Part shown: piece after piece, positions 9,879 through 18,744 of the stretch | Numbering within the stretch: the stretch's first letter is position 1 | How the letters are laid out: the number at the start of each line of letters is the position of its first letter | Source of the DNA: Eubacteriales bacterium | GTDB lineage: Bacteria; Bacillota; Clostridia; Oscillospirales; QAKW01 | Reading direction: 5' to 3' | Assembly (NCBI GenBank): GCA_045541455.1 | Contig: JAZQJA010000042.1 | Coordinates: 26,786-90,785, forward strand | DNA: 64,000 nucleotides | Translations under genes and position numbers: made by a program | Notes under the pieces: generated by a model | Databases searched by the model: none | Seen by the model: the letters and a program-made list of their open reading frames with translations, nothing else | Told to the model about the DNA's origin: nothing

Positions 9879-10128
9879 ACAGCCTCACTGTTAGTGTGAT
9901 ACTCCAAGCGGAGTATCACGCTGACAATAGTCAGCATATCACTTAACAGACAAAAAGAAAGAGAAGACTCGTTACTCAAACGAACCTTCTCTTTTCTGTT
10001 GTTCTGTGGGTTTGGGCTACTGCCCAACTACGTTTGTACGTACAAATAATGCTGGTTCTTAACTAGAATTGAAAGTACGTTCAAATTTTCCGTTAAGGAC
10101 ATTGCCTTTTAAGTGAGGCTGTTTTTTT
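9879..10128. ncRNA. Candidate structured RNA or element of unknown class between convergent genes
   Basis: An 11-bp perfect closing stem (9879-9889 with 10112-10122) is flanked by an A-tract and a T7 tract. It encloses at least 6 local hairpins or palindromes. The interior has no ORF longer than 5 codons. Confidence 0.4.
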
Positions 10129-12379
10129 ATACTTTTACAAGTTTTGCGAAGTTTGCCATAACCTTTTTAATACCAACATTGTCAAAATTAATTTCCAGCA
10201 AAACATCGCCGCCCATCGCTTTTTTAGATAGCAAAACACCTTCGCCAAAGGTTTTGTGTAGCACCCTGTCGCCGACGTCAAAATCAAGTTTTACAGCAGT
10301 GGGTGTAGTTGGCTTAAGTATGCCTGTTGTACTAACGGTAGGTGTCACCTTACGTGTTGTGACTTTTGACGAAAAGCTGTATCCGCTATAACCGCTAAAT
10401 GAATGTGCTGTTTCGTTGGTCTTGTCTTTGTTGTAAAGGTATTTTATAAGGCTTGTCGGTATTTCCTTTAAAAATCTCGATGGCTTGTTGTATTTTGTAT
10501 TGCCAAATATTGTTCTGCGCTGGGTGTGTGTGATGTAAAGGCGTTTTCTTGCGCGTGTTATACCAACATACATCAGCCTGCGTTCTTCTTCCAACTCGGC
10601 ATCGGATTCCATGCTGCGCTGACTTGGAAATAATCCCTCTTCGGTGCCAACTATAAATACATTATTAAACTCGAGCCCTTTTGCACTGTGCAAGGTCATT
10701 AAGATAACTCTGTCGTCACTGTCATCAAGATTGTCAATGTCAGTCATTAACGCAATTTCTTCTAAAAATGCAGCAAGCGTGGCATCCTCACTTTGCGTTT
10801 CAAAAACAACAGCTGTTGAAACAAGTTCCGCAATGTTGTTTATACGGTCTTTTGCCTCCTCTGTGTTTTCTGCCTCTAGCATAGAAATATAGCCCGAACG
10901 CACCGCAATTTCGCGTATTAACTCAGATAATGGCACGCTGTCTTTTAAAACACGCATTGAGTCTATAAACTCTGTAAAGTCTTTAAGCTTTGCAGCACTT
11001 CTCGTGATTTCGGGAAAACTAAATGCGTTTGCCGCAACATCAAACATTGAAAGAGAATTTTGCTGTGCCAGTGTATTTAGCGTATCAACTGTCGCTTGTC
11101 CGATTTTTCGCTTGGGCTCGTTAATTATTCTTACAAGCCTTAGGTCGTCTGCTGTGTTGTGAACAAGATAGAGATAAGAAAGAATATCTTTAATCTCTTT
11201 TCGCTCGTAAAATCGCATACCGCCGATAATTTTATAAGGCACACCGCTTTTGACAAGCATTTGTTCTATTGCGTTTGATTGCGCGTTTGTACGGTATAAA
11301 ACTGCAAAATCACCGTAGTGCATATCCTCGGTGGCAACGTCGTCAAGTATGGTGTCTGCAATAAAAAGACTTTCGCGGTATTCGTCATCAAGCATATTTT
11401 CATAAATTAGTTCGCCGTCACCTTGGGCAGTCCAAAGGGTTTTGCCTTTGCGCTCCGTATTGTTTGAAATAACATTGTTTGCAGCGTTTAAAATATTTCC
11501 TGTAGAACGGTAGTTCTGCTCAAGCCGTATAACCGTCGCATTTTTAAAACTTTTTTCAAAAGATAAAATATTTTCAATTGTTGCACCGCGGAATTTGTAA
11601 ATACTCTGGTCATCGTCACCAACAACGCATAAGTTTTGGTGTCCGCTTTGTAACTGATAAATAAGCCTGTACTGAAGCGGATTTGTGTCTTGATATTCGT
11701 CGACCATTATATATTTAAATCTGCTTGCATAATAATCGAGAATATCTGGGTGCATATCAAACAGGATTACTGTTTTTAAAATAATATCGTCAAAATCAAG
11801 AGCGTTTGATTGCTTTAGTTTTTTTTCATAAGCTTCGTATAGTTTGCAAATGTCGTTGTTGTATGTATCATTGCCGAAATTCTCAGTGTAATGGGCAGGA
11901 GATATTTCATTGTCTTTACATTGCGAGATGCGGCTTAGCACTGCACGGGGCGGTAATATCTGCGGGTCAATTCCAAACTCTTTTTGGCATGCTTTTATAA
12001 CGCGAAGCGAGTCGTCGGTATCAAAAATCGAAAAGTCGTTTGAATAACCTATTGCTTCAATGTTACGGCGAAGTATTCTTGCACAAAAACTGTGAAAAGT
12101 AGATGCCGATATGCCCTCGCCGTCTTTACCAAGCAGATTGTCAATTCGTGTTGTTAGTTCTTTTGCTGCTTTGTTTGTAAAGGTTATGGCGAGTATATTC
12201 CACGGCTTGCAAAGACCTTTTGCCAGTATATTTGCAATTCTGCTTATAAGCACAGTAGTTTTACCGCTACCTGCACCTGCAAGTATAAGTAAATGCCCTT
12301 CGGTATGCTCAATTGCACGCCGTTGCATATCGTTCATTTTTAAAAGTTGTGCATTAATTTTTTCGGTAGTGGTTTCCAT
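10127..12379 (-). CDS. pcrA: ATP-dependent DNA helicase PcrA/UvrD (SF1)
   Basis: Walker A AGAGSGKT, the motifs VDEYQDTN and a QNYRS-like segment, and a 750-aa length. Confidence 0.9.
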   Translation of the reverse strand: METTTEKINAQLLKMNDMQRRAIEHTEGHLLILAGAGSGKTTVLISRIANILAKGLCKPWNILAITFTNKAAKELTTRIDNLLGKDGEGISASTFHSFCARILRRNIEAIGYSNDFSIFDTDDSLRVIKACQKEFGIDPQILPPRAVLSRISQCKDNEISPAHYTENFGNDTYNNDICKLYEAYEKKLKQSNALDFDDIILKTVILFDMHPDILDYYASRFKYIMVDEYQDTNPLQYRLIYQLQSGHQNLCVVGDDDQSIYKFRGATIENILSFEKSFKNATVIRLEQNYRSTGNILNAANNVISNNTERKGKTLWTAQGDGELIYENMLDDEYRESLFIADTILDDVATEDMHYGDFAVLYRTNAQSNAIEQMLVKSGVPYKIIGGMRFYERKEIKDILSYLYLVHNTADDLRLVRIINEPKRKIGQATVDTLNTLAQQNSLSMFDVAANAFSFPEITRSAAKLKDFTEFIDSMRVLKDSVPLSELIREIAVRSGYISMLEAENTEEAKDRINNIAELVSTAVVFETQSEDATLAAFLEEIALMTDIDNLDDSDDRVILMTLHSAKGLEFNNVFIVGTEEGLFPSQRSMESDAELEEERRLMYVGITRARKRLYITHTQRRTIFGNTKYNKPSRFLKEIPTSLIKYLYNKDKTNETAHSFSGYSGYSFSSKVTTRKVTPTVSTTGILKPTTPTAVKLDFDVGDRVLHKTFGEGVLLSKKAMGGDVLLEINFDNVGIKKVMANFAKLVKV

Positions 12380-12520
12380 TGTAGTCCTCCGTTTTTAGTC
12401 ACCTCAATATTTTAACATAAAAAGACTTTGTTGTGAATATGTTAAATTATTTTTCTTTCCTTTACAAATTTATTTATTTATGCTATTATATATGTTGATT
12501 AATATATAAGGAGAATCATT

Positions 12521-12808
12521 ATGCCTGCTAAAAATAATAAATCAGCATATTTCACATATAAGGGTTTGCCCCTTGTGCGCTGTAAAAACTATCTTTATTA
12601 CGGTGACCCTTCAAAAAGTCATATAATCTTTTTGTCAGTTTTAGCAACAGGAGAAAACGATATTCCTACTAAAGTATCGGTTGATCTTTTGCTTACGGAC
12701 GAGTCGTTGCCTCCGCAGCAGCGTCTGTTAAAACGTGGTGAGAAAAAAAGCCTTTATGACGCGCTTGATATTGGTCTTGTATGGTTACAACGCGCGTTAA
12801 AAGATTAA
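12521..12808 (+). CDS. Small hypothetical protein
   Basis: 95-aa ORF with a good Shine-Dalgarno sequence (AAGGAG). No motif is recognisable. Confidence 0.45.
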   Translation: MPAKNNKSAYFTYKGLPLVRCKNYLYYGDPSKSHIIFLSVLATGENDIPTKVSVDLLLTDESLPPQQRLLKRGEKKSLYDALDIGLVWLQRALKD

Positions 12809-12835
12809 GTAAAATAATTTTAAGGAGATTTTATT

Positions 12836-13603
12836 ATGTATTCGTTTCCTGGTTATGGATATTATGAAGATTTTAATTACGGTAATTTGCCGTCAGTTTC
12901 TTCAGACTCGGTTATTGGTATTGCATTTTTAGTGCTTGCGTTGGTTTTGTTGTTTGCACTTGCAATTTGTGCTGTTATATATGTTTTTTCTGCAATCGGC
13001 ACATATAAAATTGCAAAAAATCGTAATATGAACGCACCGTATCTTGCGTTTATTCCTGTTGCAAATGTTTATCTGCTTGGCTTAATTGCAGACGATATCG
13101 AAAGAACTATGGGCAAAAAGACTTCTTATGCTAAAAAACTATTGGTTTTAAGCATTATAACATTTGCAATATCTATATTTATGATGCCAATTTCTTTTAT
13201 AAGCGGTTTTGCAACCGGAATGGGTTCAACAGCTCTTGCAACAGCAATGCTTATTCCCGAAGTTTTACTTGCAGTTGCTTCATTTGTTATTGCAATTGTG
13301 CTTGCAGTATACGAGTATATTGTAATTTACAAAATTTTCAAAGAATATTCACCTGAAAATGCAACGTTGTTCTTGGTTCTCTCAGTGCTCTTTTCTATTC
13401 ATCCGTTTATTCTTTTTGCTATTAGAAACAAAAAAAGCGGTTACGAAAAATGGCTTGAAGAACAACAAAAAATGCGTGCTGCTCAATCATTTACTCAAAC
13501 TCAGCCAACTATAGAAACAGAGGGTTCAGAACAAACAGAAAATCCAACCGAAACCGATTTAGAACAGCCGGACGAACAACCTGTAGAACAAACTATTGAA
13601 TAA
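12836..13603 (+). CDS. Hypothetical polytopic membrane protein with an acidic Q/E/T-rich C-terminal tail
   Basis: Shine-Dalgarno sequence AAGGAG. There are 4-5 hydrophobic segments and a low-complexity tail (EQTENPTETDLEQPDEQPVEQ). Confidence 0.5.
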   Translation: MYSFPGYGYYEDFNYGNLPSVSSDSVIGIAFLVLALVLLFALAICAVIYVFSAIGTYKIAKNRNMNAPYLAFIPVANVYLLGLIADDIERTMGKKTSYAKKLLVLSIITFAISIFMMPISFISGFATGMGSTALATAMLIPEVLLAVASFVIAIVLAVYEYIVIYKIFKEYSPENATLFLVLSVLFSIHPFILFAIRNKKSGYEKWLEEQQKMRAAQSFTQTQPTIETEGSEQTENPTETDLEQPDEQPVEQTIE

Positions 13604-13641
13604 AAATAATCCCCAAACCAAAAGGTTTGGGGATTATTTTT
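13602..13641. terminator. Bidirectional intrinsic terminator
   Basis: A 14-bp perfect stem, ATAATCCCCAAACC / GGTTTGGGGATTAT, with an AAAA loop. It is flanked by an A-run and a T-run between convergent genes. Confidence 0.85.
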
Positions 13642-13648
13642 ATGTCAT

Positions 13649-14164
13649 TTATTTATCTGCTTCCAGTATGCCGTAATCACCATCAAAACGTTTATAAACT
13701 ATACATACTTTGCCTTTCTCGTTTTGATACATAAAAAAGGTGTGCCCAAGCATATTCATTTCAAGTATAGCATCTTCATCGCTCATCGGTGTAAGGGCAA
13801 CCTTTTTAGTGCGTGCTATAATATAATCTTCTTGATCTGTAAAATCATCTTCAAAAGGTAGCGGTGTTCCTTGATACAACCGCCGTTCAAGACGCGTTTT
13901 ATTTTTTCTTATTTGTCGGATAAGTAAATCTATTATTTCATCAACGCAAGCGGTCACACTTTTTCCCGAGCGCTGTGCGCGAAAATACATGCCTTTATCG
14001 GATACGGTAATTTCCACATCCATATTTTCCCGTGTCTTTGATACTGTCACGGTGGCTATAGCGTTGTCACTGAAAAATTTAGTAAGTCTTATCAGTTTTT
14101 TCTCAATAAGATTTTGGTCTTTTTCAGTTAAATTAACTTTTCTTAAGTTAAATGTCGTTTTCAT
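13649..14164 (-). CDS. hpf: Ribosome hibernation promoting factor, long form (HPF/RaiA family)
   Basis: The S30AE-type N-terminal domain and the C-terminal dimerisation domain (...MLGHTFFMYQNEKGKVCIVYKR) are both present. The ATG at 14164 is preceded by GGAGGC. Confidence 0.85.
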   Translation of the reverse strand: MKTTFNLRKVNLTEKDQNLIEKKLIRLTKFFSDNAIATVTVSKTRENMDVEITVSDKGMYFRAQRSGKSVTACVDEIIDLLIRQIRKNKTRLERRLYQGTPLPFEDDFTDQEDYIIARTKKVALTPMSDEDAILEMNMLGHTFFMYQNEKGKVCIVYKRFDGDYGILEADK

Positions 14165-14283
14165 AATTTTAGCCTCCGATTTGTGTATTTGATAAAGTCC
14201 TTGCTTTATCAAATACATTGTATCACATAAATGACAAAAAATAAATACTTTTTATAAAAAAATTATGAAAAATGTATAAAATA

Positions 14284-14316
14284 AACAAAAAATAAAACCG
14301 ACTGAATCAGTCGGTT
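14284..14316 (-). terminator. Intrinsic terminator overlapping the divIC stop codon
   Basis: On the minus strand the sequence reads AACCGACTG-ATT-CAGTCGGTT followed by TTATTTTTTG. The TGA stop lies in the stem-loop. Confidence 0.75.
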
Positions 14317-14591
14317 ATACTTTCATAAACTTTTTCATCTGAGTTAACAAAACCCAATTTTCTTGCATTCTCTTCAATATAGTCAAGGTCAACCTCTGCA
14401 TCAAGAATGCTTTGTAATCGTTCGCCTTCTGCTGTTTGTGACATCACTTTTGCGTCGAGCATTGCCAGTTCTTCTTTTTTTGCGTTTATATCTATTTTTA
14501 AGCCTATTAATATATACAGAAGGTATATTGCGAGTATGACGAATGCTATTTTTATTATTCCGCTTGTGCGTTTGCTGCTTGCTCTTGCCAA
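14307..14591 (-). CDS. divIC: Septum formation initiator family protein (FtsB/DivIC)
   Basis: TTG start 9 nt after GGAGG. It has a single N-terminal TM helix followed by a coiled coil, and sits in the conserved position after yabP-yabQ. Confidence 0.7.
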   Translation of the reverse strand: MARASSKRTSGIIKIAFVILAIYLLYILIGLKIDINAKKEELAMLDAKVMSQTAEGERLQSILDAEVDLDYIEENARKLGFVNSDEKVYESITD

Positions 14592-15120
14592 CTCGTTTAC
14601 CTCCTTTGAATTTTTTGAATAATGACTTAATATATATAATAACTTGTTTTTTTAAAAAAATAAAGGGCTTTTTCAAAAAAATACAGATTTTTTTAAAAAG
14701 TTTACAAATTATCTTTAAAATCCACTTAAAAGGCATTGAAATTAGGCGCAAAATAGCTTTGATAAAAGAGATTATGATGCGTGAAAAGGAAAGGATCCAG
14801 TTACCAAGTGTATAGTGGCATATTATAAACCCACATATAATACCAATTGCCAGGTATAACCGTAGTGTACCGTTGTTAAATTGAATAAAGTAGATCAACG
14901 TTACTATAAGCGAAATTATACTAAATGAAATATCTTCAATCGCGGTTAACAGTGTTCCGTGTTTAATTGCAACGCGTATTATTCTGAAAATATCATAAAT
15001 CAGAGAAATTACAGCGCCTGTAATTACTGCGTATAAAAATATTTCGGCTTGTTTTGAAAAATATACTTCCACGGCATCACTTAAACATATTTTTAAGAAT
15101 AGATCCGGTTTTTTTATCAT
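14401..15120 (-). CDS. yabQ: Spore cortex biosynthesis protein YabQ; C-terminal extent uncertain
   Basis: The hydrophobic N-terminal ~130 aa are YabQ-like and the gene follows yabP. The ORF stays open through an AT-rich stretch and runs 191 nt into divIC in another frame. Confidence 0.6.
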   Translation of the reverse strand: MIKKPDLFLKICLSDAVEVYFSKQAEIFLYAVITGAVISLIYDIFRIIRVAIKHGTLLTAIEDISFSIISLIVTLIYFIQFNNGTLRLYLAIGIICGFIICHYTLGNWILSFSRIIISFIKAILRLISMPFKWILKIICKLFKKICIFLKKPFIFLKKQVIIYIKSLFKKFKGGKRVGKSKQQTHKRNNKNSIRHTRNIPSVYINRLKNRYKRKKRRTGNARRKSDVTNSRRRTITKHS

Positions 15121-15364
15121 TTAAATTAGTGTATACAAGTGAAGCTATTTCACCCTCTACACTCACATCTCCGCTGTCAACATTTAACTTGTTTATATGT
15201 AAATCCAGCCCCTTAATTATAAGAACCCCAAGTTCTGTCAGTGCAATAATGCCTTGTTCATTAAAACTGTCAATATCCAAAACACCGGTAAGCGATAGCT
15301 TTTTTCTGTTTTCCATTATAATATTATGCGGCATTTTAGGCTTTTGAATTTTTTCCTGTTGCAT
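15077..15364 (-). CDS. yabP: Sporulation protein YabP
   Basis: A 95-aa protein with the ...HNIIMENRKKLSLTGV...D..F.E pattern typical of YabP. Confidence 0.8.
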   Translation of the reverse strand: MQQEKIQKPKMPHNIIMENRKKLSLTGVLDIDSFNEQGIIALTELGVLIIKGLDLHINKLNVDSGDVSVEGEIASLVYTNLNDKKTGSILKNMFK

Positions 15365-15415
15365 AAAATAATACCTCCTTTTTTAAAAATATATTAAAAA
15401 GGAGGTATTATTATT

Positions 15416-18001
15416 CTAATTGTCTTTTAAAATACTTTTAATTGTAAGCGAGTTGTTTTCCACATCAAGTGTAACAGTTGAATGTTCTTCAATATTTGAC
15501 GAAATAATTTCACGTCCTACTAAGGTTTCAACATTTTTTTGTATAAAACGTCTTAGCGGTCTTGCACCGTAAATTGCATCGTAACCTTCATTTGCAATAA
15601 ACTCTTTTGCATTTTTTGTCAGTACACATTTAATATCTTTATCACAAAGCCTTGAATTTAATGTGTCGAGTAAAAGGTCTGTTATTTTTGAAATATCGTC
15701 GCGAGTGAGGGGACTGAAATAAATTATTTCATCAAGCCTGTTTAAAAATTCCGGTCGAAACGACTGTTTTAAAAGTAGGTCAAGTTCTGCTTTAGTGTCA
15801 CTTGAAATTTCGCCCTTTTCATCAATTCCTGAAAGTAATTGCTGTGAGCCAAGGTTTGAAGTTAATATAATTATAGCGTTTTTAAAACTTACAACCCGTC
15901 CTTGCGAATCGGTTATGTGTCCGTCATCAAGCACTTGCAACAGTGTGTTGAATACATCGGGATGTGCCTTTTCCACCTCGTCAAACAAAATAACAGAATA
16001 TGGATTGCGTCGTACAGCCTCTGTTAATTGCCCGCCCTCTTCAAAACCGACATAACCTGGAGGTGCACCAATAAGGCGTGATACCGAAAACTTTTCCATA
16101 TACTCTGACATATCAAGACGAATTATATTCTTTTCATCATCAAAAAGTGCGCTTGCAAGTGCTTTGGCAAGTTCTGTTTTACCAACTCCGGTAGGTCCCA
16201 AGAACATAAACGAACCAATTGGACGCCGTATATCCTGAATACCCGCTCTTGAACGTATAATCGCATCACAAACGCGCTCAACTGCGTCGTTTTGACCGAT
16301 AACACGCTTGTGTAAAATTTCGGGTAGATTTAAAAGTTTTTCACGCTCGCTTTGCACAAGTCTTGATACAGGAATTCCTGTCCATCTTTCAACAATTTTT
16401 GCGATTTCCTCATCAGTCACCTTATCTCGCAGTAAGCCTACTTTGATGTCTTGTGTGCTTTTTTCTAATTTTGTAAGTTCTTTGTTGAGTTTTGGGAGTT
16501 CTCCGTATTTAAGTTTTGCTGCAGTTTCAAGGTCGTGGCGTTGCTTGGCACTTTCAATTTGCGCGCTCACATCGTTTATTTCTTTGCGTATTTGTGAAAG
16601 TTTTGAAATAGATTGCTTTTCGTTATCCCACGCAGCTTTCAACTGTGAAAATTCATCGTTAAGTTGTGACAATTCCTGCGATATATCTTGTAGTCTTGTT
16701 TTTGCCTCAGAGTCATTTTTTATGGCTTCTCGCTCAATTTCAAGTTGCATGATTTTACGTTGAATATCGTCAAGTTCGGTTGGCATTGAGTCTATTTCGC
16801 AGCGTATTAAAGCACATGCCTCATCTACAAGGTCAATTGCCTTGTCGGGTAAAAATCTATCATTTATATATCTGTCTGATAGTGTCGCTGCACAAATCAG
16901 TGCAGCGTCTTGAATTTTCACACCGTGAAATACTTCGTACCTCTCTTTAAGCCCTCTAAGTATGGCAATAGTGTCTTCTACTGTCGGTTCGTTTACAAGT
17001 ACCGGTTGAAACCTGCGTTCAAGCGCTGGATCTTTTTCTATATACTGGCGGTACTCATCAAGAGTTGTTGCACCAATGCAGTGTAATTCGCCCCTTGCAA
17101 GCATAGGCTTTAATATGTTACCTGCATCCATGGCTCCATCGGTTTTTCCTGCACCTACAATAGTGTGTAATTCGTCGATAAACAGTATTATTTTACCGTC
17201 ACTTTTCTTTACTTCTTTAAGCACGGCTTTAAGTCTGTCTTCAAATTCACCTCTGTATTTTGCTCCGGCAATCAAAGCACCCATATCAAGCGAAAAAATT
17301 GTTTTGTCCTTTAAACCTGATGGTACATCCTGCTTTACAATTCTTTGTGCAAGACCCTCTGCTATCGCAGTTTTTCCAACACCAGGTTCTCCAATAAGCA
17401 CAGGATTATTTTTTGTTTTTCTCGATAGAATTCTTATTACATTTCGAATTTCGGCATCTCTGCCAATAACAGGGTCTAAAACATTTTCCCTTGCTCGCTT
17501 TACAAGATCAGTACCGTATTTTTGCAAAGCATCATAAGTATCCTCCGGGTTGTTACTTGTAACGCGGGTGTTGCCGCGCACCTCGACAAGCGCTTTTAAC
17601 ATAGCATCTTTTGTAATATTGTGCTTTTTAAATATCTCTTTAACTTCATCAGTAGGGGAGGATATAATAGCTAAAAATATATGCTCAACCGATGTGTAAT
17701 CATCTTTCATATTACTTGCTGTTTTTTGTGCTACAGTAATCGTTGATGAAAAATCATCACTGGCATAAATTTGTCCTCCGCTGACCTTGGGGAGTTTTGC
17801 AATTGAATTTTCGGTATCAGTAATTACCCCTTTAATGTCAACACCCATTTTTACAAGTAGCTGTGGTATTAGTCCTTTGTCTGCTAAAAGCGCTAAAAAC
17901 AAATGTAATTGTGTTACTTGTTGGTTGCCGTTTTCTCTCGCAATTTCTTGCGCATTTTGTATAGCTTCTATTGATTTATCTGTAAATTTGCTTATATCCA
18001 T
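15416..18001 (-). CDS. clpB: ATP-dependent chaperone/disaggregase ClpB
   Basis: Two AAA+ modules (GEPGVGKT and GPTGVGKT) are separated by a long coiled-coil middle domain. I prefer the ATG at 18001 (MDISKF...), which follows AAAGGAG. Confidence 0.95.
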   Translation of the reverse strand: MDISKFTDKSIEAIQNAQEIARENGNQQVTQLHLFLALLADKGLIPQLLVKMGVDIKGVITDTENSIAKLPKVSGGQIYASDDFSSTITVAQKTASNMKDDYTSVEHIFLAIISSPTDEVKEIFKKHNITKDAMLKALVEVRGNTRVTSNNPEDTYDALQKYGTDLVKRARENVLDPVIGRDAEIRNVIRILSRKTKNNPVLIGEPGVGKTAIAEGLAQRIVKQDVPSGLKDKTIFSLDMGALIAGAKYRGEFEDRLKAVLKEVKKSDGKIILFIDELHTIVGAGKTDGAMDAGNILKPMLARGELHCIGATTLDEYRQYIEKDPALERRFQPVLVNEPTVEDTIAILRGLKERYEVFHGVKIQDAALICAATLSDRYINDRFLPDKAIDLVDEACALIRCEIDSMPTELDDIQRKIMQLEIEREAIKNDSEAKTRLQDISQELSQLNDEFSQLKAAWDNEKQSISKLSQIRKEINDVSAQIESAKQRHDLETAAKLKYGELPKLNKELTKLEKSTQDIKVGLLRDKVTDEEIAKIVERWTGIPVSRLVQSEREKLLNLPEILHKRVIGQNDAVERVCDAIIRSRAGIQDIRRPIGSFMFLGPTGVGKTELAKALASALFDDEKNIIRLDMSEYMEKFSVSRLIGAPPGYVGFEEGGQLTEAVRRNPYSVILFDEVEKAHPDVFNTLLQVLDDGHITDSQGRVVSFKNAIIILTSNLGSQQLLSGIDEKGEISSDTKAELDLLLKQSFRPEFLNRLDEIIYFSPLTRDDISKITDLLLDTLNSRLCDKDIKCVLTKNAKEFIANEGYDAIYGARPLRRFIQKNVETLVGREIISSNIEEHSTVTLDVENNSLTIKSILKDN

Positions 18002-18087
18002 TTTCACAGCTCCTTTCATATTGTTGCAATTAGTGTACCCTATATTTGTTAATAAAATATGAACAAAGTGTGTCTAAAAAATTAAAA

Positions 18088-18114
18088 TTAGCACTCTCTT
18101 GCCGAGAGTGCTAA
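18088..18114 (-). promoter_or_regulatory. CIRCE element (HrcA operator)
   Basis: TTAGCACTC-N9-GAGTGCTAA is an exact match to the CIRCE consensus. It sits 87 nt upstream of the clpB start. Confidence 0.85.
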
Positions 18115-18132
18115 TTACTAAAATTTTATAAA

Positions 18133-18675
18133 TTAATAATTGTTTGCTTTAATTTCAAAGTATGCTTTGGGATGCTCACAAACAGGGCAAAGTTCGGGGG
18201 CTTTTTTTCCAACAACAATGTGACCGCAATTTGAACATTGCCAAATCATATCACCGTCTCTTGAGAAAACAATGCCGTCTTTAATATTGGCAACCAGTTT
18301 TCTGTAACGCTCTTCATGTTCTTTTTCAATGTTTGCAACTTGTTCAAAAAGGAAAGCGATATGATCAAAACCTTCTTCTTTTGCTTCTTTTGCAAAGGTT
18401 GCGTACATATCTTTCCACTCATAGTTTTCACCGGCAGCTGCATCTAAAAGGTTGGTGTAGGTGTCTGCAATGCTTCCGCCATGGAGTAATTTAAACCATA
18501 TTTTAGCATGTTCCTTTTCGTTTGCCGCAGTTTCTTCAAAAATTTTAGCAATCTGAACATAACCGTCTTTTTTAGCTTTGCTTGCATAATAAGTGTATTT
18601 GTTGCGAGCTTGTGATTCACCTGCAAACGCAGCAAAAAGATTAGCTTCTGTTCTTGTACCTTTTAAATCTTTCAT
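18133..18675 (-). CDS. rbr: Rubrerythrin
   Basis: A ferritin-like diiron domain with ExxH motifs is followed by a C-terminal rubredoxin-like CSNCG...CPVC. Confidence 0.9.
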   Translation of the reverse strand: MKDLKGTRTEANLFAAFAGESQARNKYTYYASKAKKDGYVQIAKIFEETAANEKEHAKIWFKLLHGGSIADTYTNLLDAAAGENYEWKDMYATFAKEAKEEGFDHIAFLFEQVANIEKEHEERYRKLVANIKDGIVFSRDGDMIWQCSNCGHIVVGKKAPELCPVCEHPKAYFEIKANNY

Positions 18676-18744
18676 AGCGATTATACCTCCAATACTTTTA
18701 TTGTATTTATAATATCAAATTTAATACAAAAGTCAACTAAAAAA

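Noticed and set aside
9879-10128. Identification of the ackA-pcrA element as 6S RNA, SRP RNA, tmRNA or RNase P RNA.
   Set aside because: It lacks the conserved SRP domain IV sequence, tmRNA tRNA-like ends and RNase P conserved regions. The fold is multi-hairpin rather than the single long bulged helix of 6S. I left it as unknown class.
10113-10391. A 92-aa ORF on the plus strand at the 3' end of pcrA.
   Set aside because: It is antisense to the pcrA C-terminal region and starts inside the terminator stem. It has no Shine-Dalgarno sequence and a serine/threonine-rich nonsense composition.
18676-18744. A PerR-type operator in the rubrerythrin promoter (TTATAAATACAATAA near a TTGACT-N16-TATTAT promoter).
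   Set aside because: It only partially resembles the TTATAATNATTATAA consensus. That is too weak to call in such AT-rich sequence.
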